From an uncultured Candidatus Saccharibacteria bacterium (GTDB taxonomy: Bacteria; Patescibacteriota; Minisyncoccia; Ryanbacterales; 2-02-FULL-48-12), in assembly GCA_964349275.1 (NCBI GenBank), contig CAYGFT010000002.1, positions 1 through 41,720 on the forward strand: a stretch of 41,720 nucleotides of DNA, read 5' to 3'. The notes under the pieces were generated by a model. That model searched no databases. It worked only from the letters and a program-made list of their open reading frames with translations, and was not told the origin of the DNA. Shown piece by piece: positions 26,180 to 33,815 of this stretch. Positions within the stretch are counted from its first letter, which is position 1. Each line of letters starts with the position of its first letter. The position numbers and the translations under genes were made by a program.

Positions 26180-27583
26180 ATGAATGAAGTGACGATGGAA
26201 AAAATTAGCAGTCTCTGTAAAAGACGGGGATTTATCTTCCCCGGTTCGGAGATTTATGGTGGGCTCGCGAACTCCTGGGATTATGGTCCTCTGGGTGTGG
26301 AGCTCAAAAACAATATCAAGCAACTTTGGTGGAAGCGGTTTGTCCACGAGAGAGACGATGTGGTGGGGATTGATGCGGCACTTATTATGAATCCCAAAGT
26401 GTGGGAGGCGAGCGGGCATCTCAAAGAGTTTTCTGATCCCTTGGTGGAGTGCAAGGAGTGTCATAGTCGGTTTCGTGCGGACCATCTTTTGGATGAATGG
26501 AAAAAAGAGCCAACTATCGATATGAAAGATGTGCCTGAGGGTTCGGTCATCGATATGCCACACGCCTCTTCCACGCTCTCTATGATCAAGGATTTTTTGG
26601 ATGAAAAAGTAAAATGTCCGCACTGTGGTAAAAAAAATTGGGCAAAGCCCCAACAGTTCAATCTCATGCTCAAAACATACCTAGGTCCTGCCGAAGAGCA
26701 GGCCAATACGGTATTTTTCCGTCCCGAGACGGCACAAGCTATGTTTGTAGATTTTAAAAACGTGGCCGATTCTTCACGTAAGCGCCTGCCATTTGGTATC
26801 GCACAAATCGGCAAGGCGTTTCGTAATGAAATAACGCCAGGGAATTTTATATTCCGTATGCGTGAGTTCGAGCAGATGGAGATTGAGTATTTTGTGCGCG
26901 AGGAGGACTGGCAAACCTATTTTGACCATTGGCTCGCCGAGATGCGCGCTTGGCTCAAAGAGTTGGGAGTGAGTGAGGCGCGTATACACGAGGCTGAAAT
27001 CCCGGACGGTGAGCGTGCGCATTATTCCAAACGTACGGTGGATTTTGAATACGAGTATCCTTTTGGTCAAAAAGAACTTTATGGTCTTGCCTATCGGGGC
27101 AACTTTGATCTGAAAAATCATTTTCCGGATGGTGGACCATATCGTGATCCGGAGACTCGTGAAGAGTTTTGGCCGCACGTGATAGAGCCGACCTGGGGAG
27201 TGGATCGCTCGGTGTTGGTGACGCTTCTGGAAGCCTACCAAGAGGATACAGAAAAAAAACGTGTGTACCTCAAGCTCCCGCCAAAACTTGCTCCATATAA
27301 AATAGCGGTGTTCCCGCTTTTAGCCAACAAACCCGATCTTGTGGCAAAAGCGCGTGAGATATATGATGCGCTCCGCAAAAAGTTTGCGGTCTCTTGGGAT
27401 GATCGCGGCAACGTCGGTAAGCGTTATTATGCGCAGGATGAGATCGGCACCCCGTGGTGTGTCACCGTAGATTTTCAGACGCTTGAGGATGCTACGGTGA
27501 CGGTGCGGGATCGTGACACGGGGGAGCAGGTGCGTGTGGCTATCGCGGATCTTGACTCTTTCATCGGTGAGAGGTTAGTCTAG
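26180..27583 (+). CDS. glyQS: glycyl-tRNA synthetase (class II, homodimeric GlyQS type)
   Basis: LCKRRGFIFPGSEIYGGLANSWDYGPLG, FRPETAQAMF, GKAFRNEITP, FRMREFEQMEIEYF and an anticodon-binding C-terminus. The start could be ATG 26195 instead. Confidence 0.93.
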   Translation: MNEVTMEKISSLCKRRGFIFPGSEIYGGLANSWDYGPLGVELKNNIKQLWWKRFVHERDDVVGIDAALIMNPKVWEASGHLKEFSDPLVECKECHSRFRADHLLDEWKKEPTIDMKDVPEGSVIDMPHASSTLSMIKDFLDEKVKCPHCGKKNWAKPQQFNLMLKTYLGPAEEQANTVFFRPETAQAMFVDFKNVADSSRKRLPFGIAQIGKAFRNEITPGNFIFRMREFEQMEIEYFVREEDWQTYFDHWLAEMRAWLKELGVSEARIHEAEIPDGERAHYSKRTVDFEYEYPFGQKELYGLAYRGNFDLKNHFPDGGPYRDPETREEFWPHVIEPTWGVDRSVLVTLLEAYQEDTEKKRVYLKLPPKLAPYKIAVFPLLANKPDLVAKAREIYDALRKKFAVSWDDRGNVGKRYYAQDEIGTPWCVTVDFQTLEDATVTVRDRDTGEQVRVAIADLDSFIGERLV

Positions 27584-27614
27584 TCCCAGTAGTATCTTTT
27601 TTAGGGAGGTATGT

Positions 27615-27851
27615 GTGTTTCATCTTCCTTCGATGCCACCAAATCGTCTCAGTCCGCGTGGGTGGATGTTGTTGGGTTTCTGTATCCTCGTACTCCTCTC
27701 GCAGTCCTGGCAGGCGTTTTCTTATGCAGGCAGACCCGGCGGCACGGATTGGTTTGCGAGCTTACTAGGCATTTTCTGTCTGGTGCTCGCGATAGGGGTA
27801 GCGGGTTTAGGGTATCTCTATCTGCCAAGGAGTAGCAGGCAAAAGAAATGA
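27615..27851 (+). CDS. hypothetical small membrane protein (2 TM, 78 aa)
   Basis: SD GGGAGG (27604-27609) is 5 nt before the GTG at 27615. Two hydrophobic helices. A terminator follows. The alternative ATG-frame ORF at 27611 is non-hydrophobic and less protein-like. Confidence 0.45.
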   Translation: MFHLPSMPPNRLSPRGWMLLGFCILVLLSQSWQAFSYAGRPGGTDWFASLLGIFCLVLAIGVAGLGYLYLPRSSRQKK

Positions 27852-27857
27852 AATTTT

Positions 27858-27886
27858 GGAAGGAGGCACATCCTCCTTTTTTGTTT
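27858..27886 (+). terminator. rho-independent terminator
   Basis: AAGGAGG-CACA-(U)CCUCCUU hairpin followed by a U-run (TTTTTTGTTT). Confidence 0.7.
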
Positions 27887-27920
27887 GAACTTTTCTGGAT
27901 GCATGTGTTACCATCCCAAT

Positions 27921-29189
27921 ATGCAACACTCAAAAACGACTCTTCCCAATGGTATGCGGGTAATTACGGTTCCTATGCATGATACCAAAAGCCTCACACT
28001 GCTCGTGCTTTTTGGTACAGGTTCAAAGTATGAGACTAGATCGACGAGTGGTATCTCGCATTTTTTGGAGCACCTCTTTTTTAAAGGCACAAAGCGCCGT
28101 CCACGTCCTGGGCAAGTGCACCAGGAGCTTGATGATGTAGGAGCAGAGCATAACGCGTTCACTTCCAAAGAGCTTACCGGCTACTGGGTCAAGGTAGACT
28201 CACGGCGATTTGATCTTGCACTTGATATTGTTTCGGATATTCTCCTTGATCCGTTGTTTGATGCGAAAGAAATAGAAAAAGAGCGGGGAGTGATTTTGCA
28301 GGAGATGAGCATGTATATGGACAGTCCCATGCGTCGGGTACATGAGGTGTTTGAGTCGCTACTTTATGGGGATCAGCCTGCCGGTTGGGAGACAATAGGC
28401 ACCAAGGAGATTATCTCCAGTCTCAAACGGACAGATTTTGCCAAGTATCGTGAGTCGCAATACGTCGGCTCCAACGCGGTGGTAATTGTCGCGGGCAACT
28501 TTGTAGAGGATACGGCGAGCAAGCGCATCCACCAGGTATTTTCTAAAATCAAAAAAGGTAGTCCCAAACCAAAACTCAAAGTACGGGAGGCACAAAAAAA
28601 TTCCCAGGTCTCGATTGAGTACAAAGATACCGATCAGAGTCACGTGGTAATTGGGGTACGCGGATATACCATGTTTGATGAAGATCGCTATGCGGCCTCG
28701 CTTTTGGCAACTATTCTGGGTGGCAAGACAAGTTCACGGTTGTTTCGCGAGATTCGTGAGAAGCGGGGTCTTGCCTATGCACTCATGGCCGATGCAGAAC
28801 ACTACACCGATTCTGGGTATCTAAGTGTGTATGTTGGCACGCCCCATGATAAGTTAAAAGAGGTGGTGCGGCGCGTAGTAGAGGCGTTTGGCAAGATTCG
28901 TGACGAGGGTGTCTCGGAGCGTGAGCTGGCTCGTGCCAAGGATTTTTATCGGGGGCACTTGGCTATTGGTCTTGAATCTTCAGACGAAGTGGCATCATTT
29001 TTTGGGACCCAAGAGCTGTTCAAAAAAACGCTCATGGCGCCTGAAGCGGTCATGGAGCGCATCCAGGCCGTAACTACCAAAGATCTCCAGCGCGCTACGG
29101 ATTTTATGTTTCGGCTGGAGAAGCTGAATGTCGCGATTATTGGACCACACAAAGACCCACAGCTATTTCAAGCGTTACTCAAATTATAG
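27921..29189 (+). CDS. M16 family zinc peptidase (pitrilysin/insulinase-like)
   Basis: Inverted zinc motif HFLEH in GISHFLEHLFFKGT, a downstream E in NAFTSKE, and the start LPNGMRVITVPM. The ATG at 27921 is chosen because the upstream extension overlaps the terminator. Confidence 0.9.
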   Translation: MQHSKTTLPNGMRVITVPMHDTKSLTLLVLFGTGSKYETRSTSGISHFLEHLFFKGTKRRPRPGQVHQELDDVGAEHNAFTSKELTGYWVKVDSRRFDLALDIVSDILLDPLFDAKEIEKERGVILQEMSMYMDSPMRRVHEVFESLLYGDQPAGWETIGTKEIISSLKRTDFAKYRESQYVGSNAVVIVAGNFVEDTASKRIHQVFSKIKKGSPKPKLKVREAQKNSQVSIEYKDTDQSHVVIGVRGYTMFDEDRYAASLLATILGGKTSSRLFREIREKRGLAYALMADAEHYTDSGYLSVYVGTPHDKLKEVVRRVVEAFGKIRDEGVSERELARAKDFYRGHLAIGLESSDEVASFFGTQELFKKTLMAPEAVMERIQAVTTKDLQRATDFMFRLEKLNVAIIGPHKDPQLFQALLKL

Positions 29190-29194
29190 ATTGT

Positions 29195-30232
29195 ATGCCC
29201 AAAGATAAAACCATTATCATCTCTACCGGTACGATATTGCGTACTATTCTTTTGCTTCTGGGGGTAGTATTTTTATATTACGTGCGCGATGTGGTAGCTA
29301 TTCTTTTGATAGCGGTGGTTATCGCCTCTGCGATAGAGCCGGGGATAAAGTGGTTTTGTAAGTGGGGGCTCCCGCGAGTGATTGCTGTCCTTGTTATCTA
29401 TCTTACAACCATCGCGCTTTTGGGTTTTTTGTTTTATCTCGTGATTCCTCCCACCATCAATCAATTGCAGGATTTTGTTTCCGGGTTCCCCGCATATCTT
29501 GAGAGTACCTTGTTGCAGCTCAAAGAGACGTTTACCTTCCTGCCATTTGATGCATTCTCTCCATCTATTTCCACGCTCGCGTCGCGGCTTGACGTTCTAG
29601 TGAGTGAGAAGTTACTTGAGTTTTTCTCCCCTGGGTCGTTTTTGTTTGACGGGCCTATGGCTATTGTATTTGCGGTCATCATCGCGTTTTATCTGTCCGT
29701 GCAAGAGGACGGCGTGGGAGATTTTCTTCGGATCGTTACTCCCTATCGGCACGAATCGTATCTTATAGATCTTTGGGGTCGGTCCCAGTACAAGATTGGA
29801 CGGTGGTTTCAAGGGCAGATTTTGCTGGGGGTTTTGGTGGGAGTGCTTGTGTATCTCGGTCTTACACTTTTGGGAGTGAAATACGCGCTCGTGCTTGGCA
29901 TTGTTTCGGCCACGTTTGAGATTATTCCTTATTTTGGTCCGGTAATGGCAGCTATCCCGGGGATTGCGATCTCGGTAGTGCAAAGTCCGGTCTTGGGTCT
30001 CTGGGTAGTGCTCTTGTATGTAATGGTCCAGCAACTCGAAAATCACCTCATTTATCCGGTGGTGGTGCGTAAGACCGTTGGCGTGCCGCCGCTTTTGGTT
30101 ATCATCTCTCTCTTGATTGGGGCAAAAATTGGCGGGTTTTTCGGGGTTGTGCTTGCTGTGCCCTTGGCGGTAGTATTAGTGGAGTTTCTCAATGACGTCG
30201 CAGAGAAGAAAAAGACCTTTCAAGTAGAATAA
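29195..30232 (+). CDS. AI-2E family transporter (PerM/UPF0118)
   Basis: About 8 TM. The C-terminal blocks IIPYFGPVMAAIPG and LENHLIYPVVVRKTVGVPPLLVIISLLIGAKIGGFFGVVLAVPLA are typical of the family. Confidence 0.85.
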   Translation: MPKDKTIIISTGTILRTILLLLGVVFLYYVRDVVAILLIAVVIASAIEPGIKWFCKWGLPRVIAVLVIYLTTIALLGFLFYLVIPPTINQLQDFVSGFPAYLESTLLQLKETFTFLPFDAFSPSISTLASRLDVLVSEKLLEFFSPGSFLFDGPMAIVFAVIIAFYLSVQEDGVGDFLRIVTPYRHESYLIDLWGRSQYKIGRWFQGQILLGVLVGVLVYLGLTLLGVKYALVLGIVSATFEIIPYFGPVMAAIPGIAISVVQSPVLGLWVVLLYVMVQQLENHLIYPVVVRKTVGVPPLLVIISLLIGAKIGGFFGVVLAVPLAVVLVEFLNDVAEKKKTFQVE

Positions 30233-30239
30233 TTATCTT

Positions 30240-31811
30240 ATGGCAGACAAATTTTATATCACCACATCTATACCATATGTAAACTCCGTGCCTCATGTGG
30301 GGCACGCTTTGGAGTTTGTGCAAGCCGATGCCATCGCACGCTACCGGCGGATTTTGGGGGAGGACGTGCGGTTTCTCACCGGTACCGACGAGCATGGTGC
30401 CAAAATCGCTCGCGCTGCCCAAGCGGCAGGGAAGAGTCCCCAGGAGTTTGTGGATGCAAATGCCGCGCGCTTCAAGGAGCTTTTGGCGGCCTTGTCTATT
30501 TCCCATGACGATTTTATTCAGACGTCGGATCAAAAGCGCCATTGGCCAGGAGCTCAAGCTTTGTGGCAAAAACTTGATGCGGCGGGGGATATTTCCAAGG
30601 CTTCTTACAAAGGTCTGTACTGTGTCGGCCATGAGGCATTTGTTACCGACAAAGACTTGGTAAATGGGATTTGTGAGGATCATGGCAAGCCACCGGAGGT
30701 TGTAGAAGAGGAAAATTATTTTTTCAAACTCTCGCGCTATACTGCCGACATTAAAAAAATTATTGAGTCGGGCGAGTTGCAGATTATTCCGGACGCGCGC
30801 AAAAACGAGATGCTGACGTTCTTGGATGCTGGACTTGAGGACGTAAGCTTCTCGCGCCCCGCTAAAGATATTCCGTGGGGAGTGCCGGTGCCGGGGGATG
30901 AGTCGCAAAACATGTATGTTTGGTGTGACGCGCTTTCCAACTACATCAGTGCGCTTGGATACGGTAGTGCTCATGAGGCGTTATTCAAAACCTACTGGCC
31001 GGCGGATATGCATCTTATTGGCAAAGACATTCTTCGTTTCCATTCATTGATCTGGATCGGCATGCTCCTTTCTGCTAAACTCCCGATCCCGAAGCGCATT
31101 CTCGTGCATGGATTTATTATTTCCGGTGGCAAAAAAATGTCTAAGTCTTTAGGAAACGTCATCGACCCATTTGAGATGATAGAAAGATATGGCGCGGATG
31201 CGCTTCGCTATTTCTTTTTACGCGAGATATCTACATTTGAAGATGGTGATTTGACCGCGGAGCGCTTTCAGATGGCGTACAATGCCAATCTCGCCAATGG
31301 TCTTGGCAATCTTGTCTCACGCACGGCAAAAATGATCGAGTCGTATTTCGATGGCCGCATTCAGAAGCCTGCCGAGGAGGTGCTTCTCTCAGTGCCGCTT
31401 CAGGCTTCTCTTGCCCTGTTTGATGGCGCACAGCAAAATCTCTCCGTAAAAAGTACCAGCTTGCGTTATTTTGTGCAGGAGGTAGTAGAGCCGCAGTATA
31501 CACAAGCCATGGACAATTTCCGTCTCAATGAAGCGCTTGGAGTTCTGTGGCATCTCATCTCGGTGATGGACGCCTACATTCAAGAGTATGAACCGTTCAA
31601 GCTTGTGCACGTGGATAAGACCAAGACACAAGCTATTCTGTGGCAGTTGGCGCAAGCCAGTGCACGTCTCGGACTCTTGTTGAGTCCTTTTATGCCCGAT
31701 ACTGCGGCAAAAGTGCTTGCGACATTTGGCGCAGGTAAGGTTGCTTCTTTGGAGGATGCGACAGAGTTTGAGGTAAAAAAAGGCGAGGGATTGTTTCCGC
31801 GCATAAGCTGA
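30240..31811 (+). CDS. metG: methionyl-tRNA synthetase (short form)
   Basis: FYITTSIPYVNSVPHVGHALE (HIGH region), WCDALSNY and KMSKSLGNVIDP. Confidence 0.95.
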   Translation: MADKFYITTSIPYVNSVPHVGHALEFVQADAIARYRRILGEDVRFLTGTDEHGAKIARAAQAAGKSPQEFVDANAARFKELLAALSISHDDFIQTSDQKRHWPGAQALWQKLDAAGDISKASYKGLYCVGHEAFVTDKDLVNGICEDHGKPPEVVEEENYFFKLSRYTADIKKIIESGELQIIPDARKNEMLTFLDAGLEDVSFSRPAKDIPWGVPVPGDESQNMYVWCDALSNYISALGYGSAHEALFKTYWPADMHLIGKDILRFHSLIWIGMLLSAKLPIPKRILVHGFIISGGKKMSKSLGNVIDPFEMIERYGADALRYFFLREISTFEDGDLTAERFQMAYNANLANGLGNLVSRTAKMIESYFDGRIQKPAEEVLLSVPLQASLALFDGAQQNLSVKSTSLRYFVQEVVEPQYTQAMDNFRLNEALGVLWHLISVMDAYIQEYEPFKLVHVDKTKTQAILWQLAQASARLGLLLSPFMPDTAAKVLATFGAGKVASLEDATEFEVKKGEGLFPRIS

Positions 31812-31818
31812 TATCTGT

Positions 31819-32655
31819 ATGCACCCAAAACTCATAGACATCCATACGCACGTCAATTTCAATGCTTTTAAAGAAGATGGGCCCGCAATTATTGACCGCA
31901 CGCTCAAAGGCGATGTTTGGATGATTCTTGTGGGATCACAGATTGATACCTCGCGGCGTGCGGTCTCGTATGCGGAACAATATCCCGAAGGCGTGTATGC
32001 CGCCGTGGGTCTCCACCCGATTCATTTATTTGAGGATCACTTTGATGTGGCAGAGGCCGAACAAAAAGCAGGAGTCCCGAGCTATACTACACGTCCGGAG
32101 GTATTTGACCACGATGCATACAAAGAAATTGCGATGCACCCAAAGACGGTAGCGATAGGGGAGTGTGGACTTGATTATTTTCGTGGGAGAGACACAGACG
32201 AGGTCAAAAAAGCCCAGCAAGATACATTTCGCAAGCAAGTGGCGCTCGCTCGTGAGGTCAAAAAACCGCTCATGATTCATTGTCGCAATGCCTATGAGGA
32301 TGTGATTACAATACTCAAAGAGGAAAAGGCTGACGAGATCGGTGGCGATATTCATTTTTTTGCTGGATCTTGGGATATCGCGAAACAGTTTCTAGACCTG
32401 GGTTTTTATCTCTCATTTACGGGAGTTATTACATTTGCCCGGGATTATGATGCGGTGCTCCGAAACGTGCCACTGGATCGCGTCATGGTGGAGACGGATG
32501 CGCCCTATGTGACGCCGGTGCCGTATCGAGGTAAGCGTAACGAGCCTCTGTATGTGGAATATGTAGCCAAAAAAATCGCGGAAATAAAAGGTATCGTGCC
32601 TGAAAAAGTTTTTGCGCAAACCGTGCAAAATACACGCAAACTATTTCGCATCTAA
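31819..32655 (+). CDS. TatD family metal-dependent hydrolase/DNase
   Basis: LIDIHTHVNF, AIGECGLDY, MIHCRNA and ETDAPYVTPVPYRGKRNEP. Confidence 0.9.
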   Translation: MHPKLIDIHTHVNFNAFKEDGPAIIDRTLKGDVWMILVGSQIDTSRRAVSYAEQYPEGVYAAVGLHPIHLFEDHFDVAEAEQKAGVPSYTTRPEVFDHDAYKEIAMHPKTVAIGECGLDYFRGRDTDEVKKAQQDTFRKQVALAREVKKPLMIHCRNAYEDVITILKEEKADEIGGDIHFFAGSWDIAKQFLDLGFYLSFTGVITFARDYDAVLRNVPLDRVMVETDAPYVTPVPYRGKRNEPLYVEYVAKKIAEIKGIVPEKVFAQTVQNTRKLFRI

Positions 32656-32745
32656 CTATAGAGCTGATTTTTAGGTGCAGGTCCTAAATAGCTCAAGGGC
32701 GAAGTGTATGGAGGGGAAGGGGGAATTGGCACGGTATCAACTAAA

Positions 32746-32781
32746 TGTAGCATATTTCTGCTATCGCTTTTATATGCTACA
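32746..32781. repeat. palindromic element copy 1 (TGTAGCATA-N4-TGCTATCGCT-N4-TATGCTACA)
   Basis: A 10-bp perfect inverted repeat flanks the core TGCTATCGCT (32759-32768). It ends 4 nt before the ATG of the PaaX-like gene. Confidence 0.7.
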
Positions 32782-32784
32782 TTT

Positions 32785-33351
32785 ATGGGTATGCATAAGA
32801 GAAAAAAGGGAGAATTGGGTTTTAAAATCTTGTATGCAATATCTGTAGGAGTGATGATCCCTACAGCGCTAGTCGTTCCTAATGTACCCAAAGCGTTCAT
32901 GCCACTTTTACGTGAACTGGCAAAGAAATTTAATACGCGGCCACAGTCCTTCCGCCGTTCGCTCACAACTTTAAAACAAAAGCGCTTACTTTCGATACAG
33001 GAAAAAGGAGAGGAGGTAACCTACGTGCTTTCTGAGGGCGGTAAGCTACGAGTGGTGAGGGGCAGGTTGGATGAGCTGGTGATTAAACAGCCAAGAAAGT
33101 GGGATGGGAAATGGCGCATTGTTCTTTTTGATATTCCAGAAAAACATAAGGCTGCACGAGAGGCATTGCGTGGTAAGCTCAATAGTTTGGGGTTTTACCA
33201 AATTCAGAAAAGTTGCTTCGTATATCCTCATGAGTGCCGTGCCGAAATAGATTTTGTCACAGAGTGTTTTATGATATCTCAACATGTCATGTATGTTGTC
33301 GCTGAATCGCTAGAGGGAGAGGGTATATTGAAAAAACATTTTCAATTGTAA
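32785..33351 (+). CDS. PaaX-like winged-helix regulator (CPR-type, with a Cas2/VapD-like fold region)
   Basis: KWDGKWRIVLFDIPEKHKAAREALRGKLNSLGFYQIQKSCFVYP matches the W..W.iv.fdIPe..r..R..lr..L...GF..lq.Sv.v.P block of the PaaX family. A wHTH-like LKQKRLLSIQEKGEEVTYVLSEGG lies upstream. Start at ATG 32785 or 32791. Confidence 0.7.
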   Translation: MGMHKRKKGELGFKILYAISVGVMIPTALVVPNVPKAFMPLLRELAKKFNTRPQSFRRSLTTLKQKRLLSIQEKGEEVTYVLSEGGKLRVVRGRLDELVIKQPRKWDGKWRIVLFDIPEKHKAAREALRGKLNSLGFYQIQKSCFVYPHECRAEIDFVTECFMISQHVMYVVAESLEGEGILKKHFQL

Positions 33352-33375
33352 TTATTGTAGTTGGAGTACTATAGC

Positions 33376-33410
33376 GTAGCACAAAAATGCTATCGCTGGT
33401 ATGTGCTACG
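33376..33410. repeat. palindromic element copy 2 (CGTAGCACA-N4-TGCTATCGCT-N4-TGTGCTACG)
   Basis: A 9-bp perfect inverted repeat flanks the identical core TGCTATCGCT (33388-33397). It lies 25 nt after the stop of the PaaX-like gene, in the same orientation as copy 1. Confidence 0.7.
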
Positions 33411-33463
33411 TTGTGTGAATGGCTTGCTGGAGTATAGATGTTGCTTGCTTGATTTTTGGGAGT

Positions 33464-33499
33464 ATAAAAAATCTGCCGGAAGATCAAGTCTTTCGGCAG
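33464..33499 (-). terminator. rho-independent terminator for a short minus-strand transcript
   Basis: On the minus strand: CUGCCGAAAG-ACUUGAU-CUUCCGGCAG (10 bp including one G:U) followed by AUUUUUUAU. Confidence 0.7.
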
Positions 33500-33524
33500 T
33501 TGGTGGAGAATACGAGGTCGTGTT

Positions 33525-33728
33525 TTAAGATCTAGTTACAGGATTAAAGTTCCGCGGAAAAAGTAAAACCACCGTACGAATCTCTCGACCATTCGGCCAT
33601 GTTGATATGGCGAGAATTTTTTCGGGGTTTGAAAATGAAGTTCCAGGGATACATTCGTAACGAACAGTGGGTTCCTTGTCCGCGGGCCTCTGGATTAACA
33701 GAGAGAAATGTTTTAAGAATCTTTTCAT
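33525..33728 (-). CDS. hypothetical small protein (67 aa); frame uncertain
   Basis: A strong SD GGGAGGAG is 6-7 nt upstream of the ATG at 33728, and the terminator lies 25 nt after the stop. An overlapping alternative frame (33544..33744, 66 aa) starts at the ATG embedded in that SD. Confidence 0.4.
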   Translation of the reverse strand: MKRFLKHFSLLIQRPADKEPTVRYECIPGTSFSNPEKILAISTWPNGREIRTVVLLFPRNFNPVTRS

Positions 33729-33815
33729 AAAGATCTCCTCCCATAATTAAAAGAGCAATATTTTTATTTATTGTCAAGTCCACAAAATGACCGATTCGCG
33801 CTATTCTTGTAATAT

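Noticed and set aside
25991-26653. 220-aa minus-strand ORF spanning the surface-protein/glyQS junction.
   Set aside because: It overlaps two well-supported plus-strand genes. It is a shadow ORF.
30189-30974. 261-aa minus-strand ORF.
   Set aside because: It is antisense to metG and the 3' end of the AI-2E transporter gene. It has no motifs, and the plus-strand genes are certain.
33352-33815. T-box leader upstream of leuS.
   Set aside because: There is no specifier-loop or AGAGA features, and no T-box consensus (GGGUGGUACCGCG); GGUGGAGAAUACGAGG is only a poor match. The region instead carries a minus-strand SD plus terminator unit.
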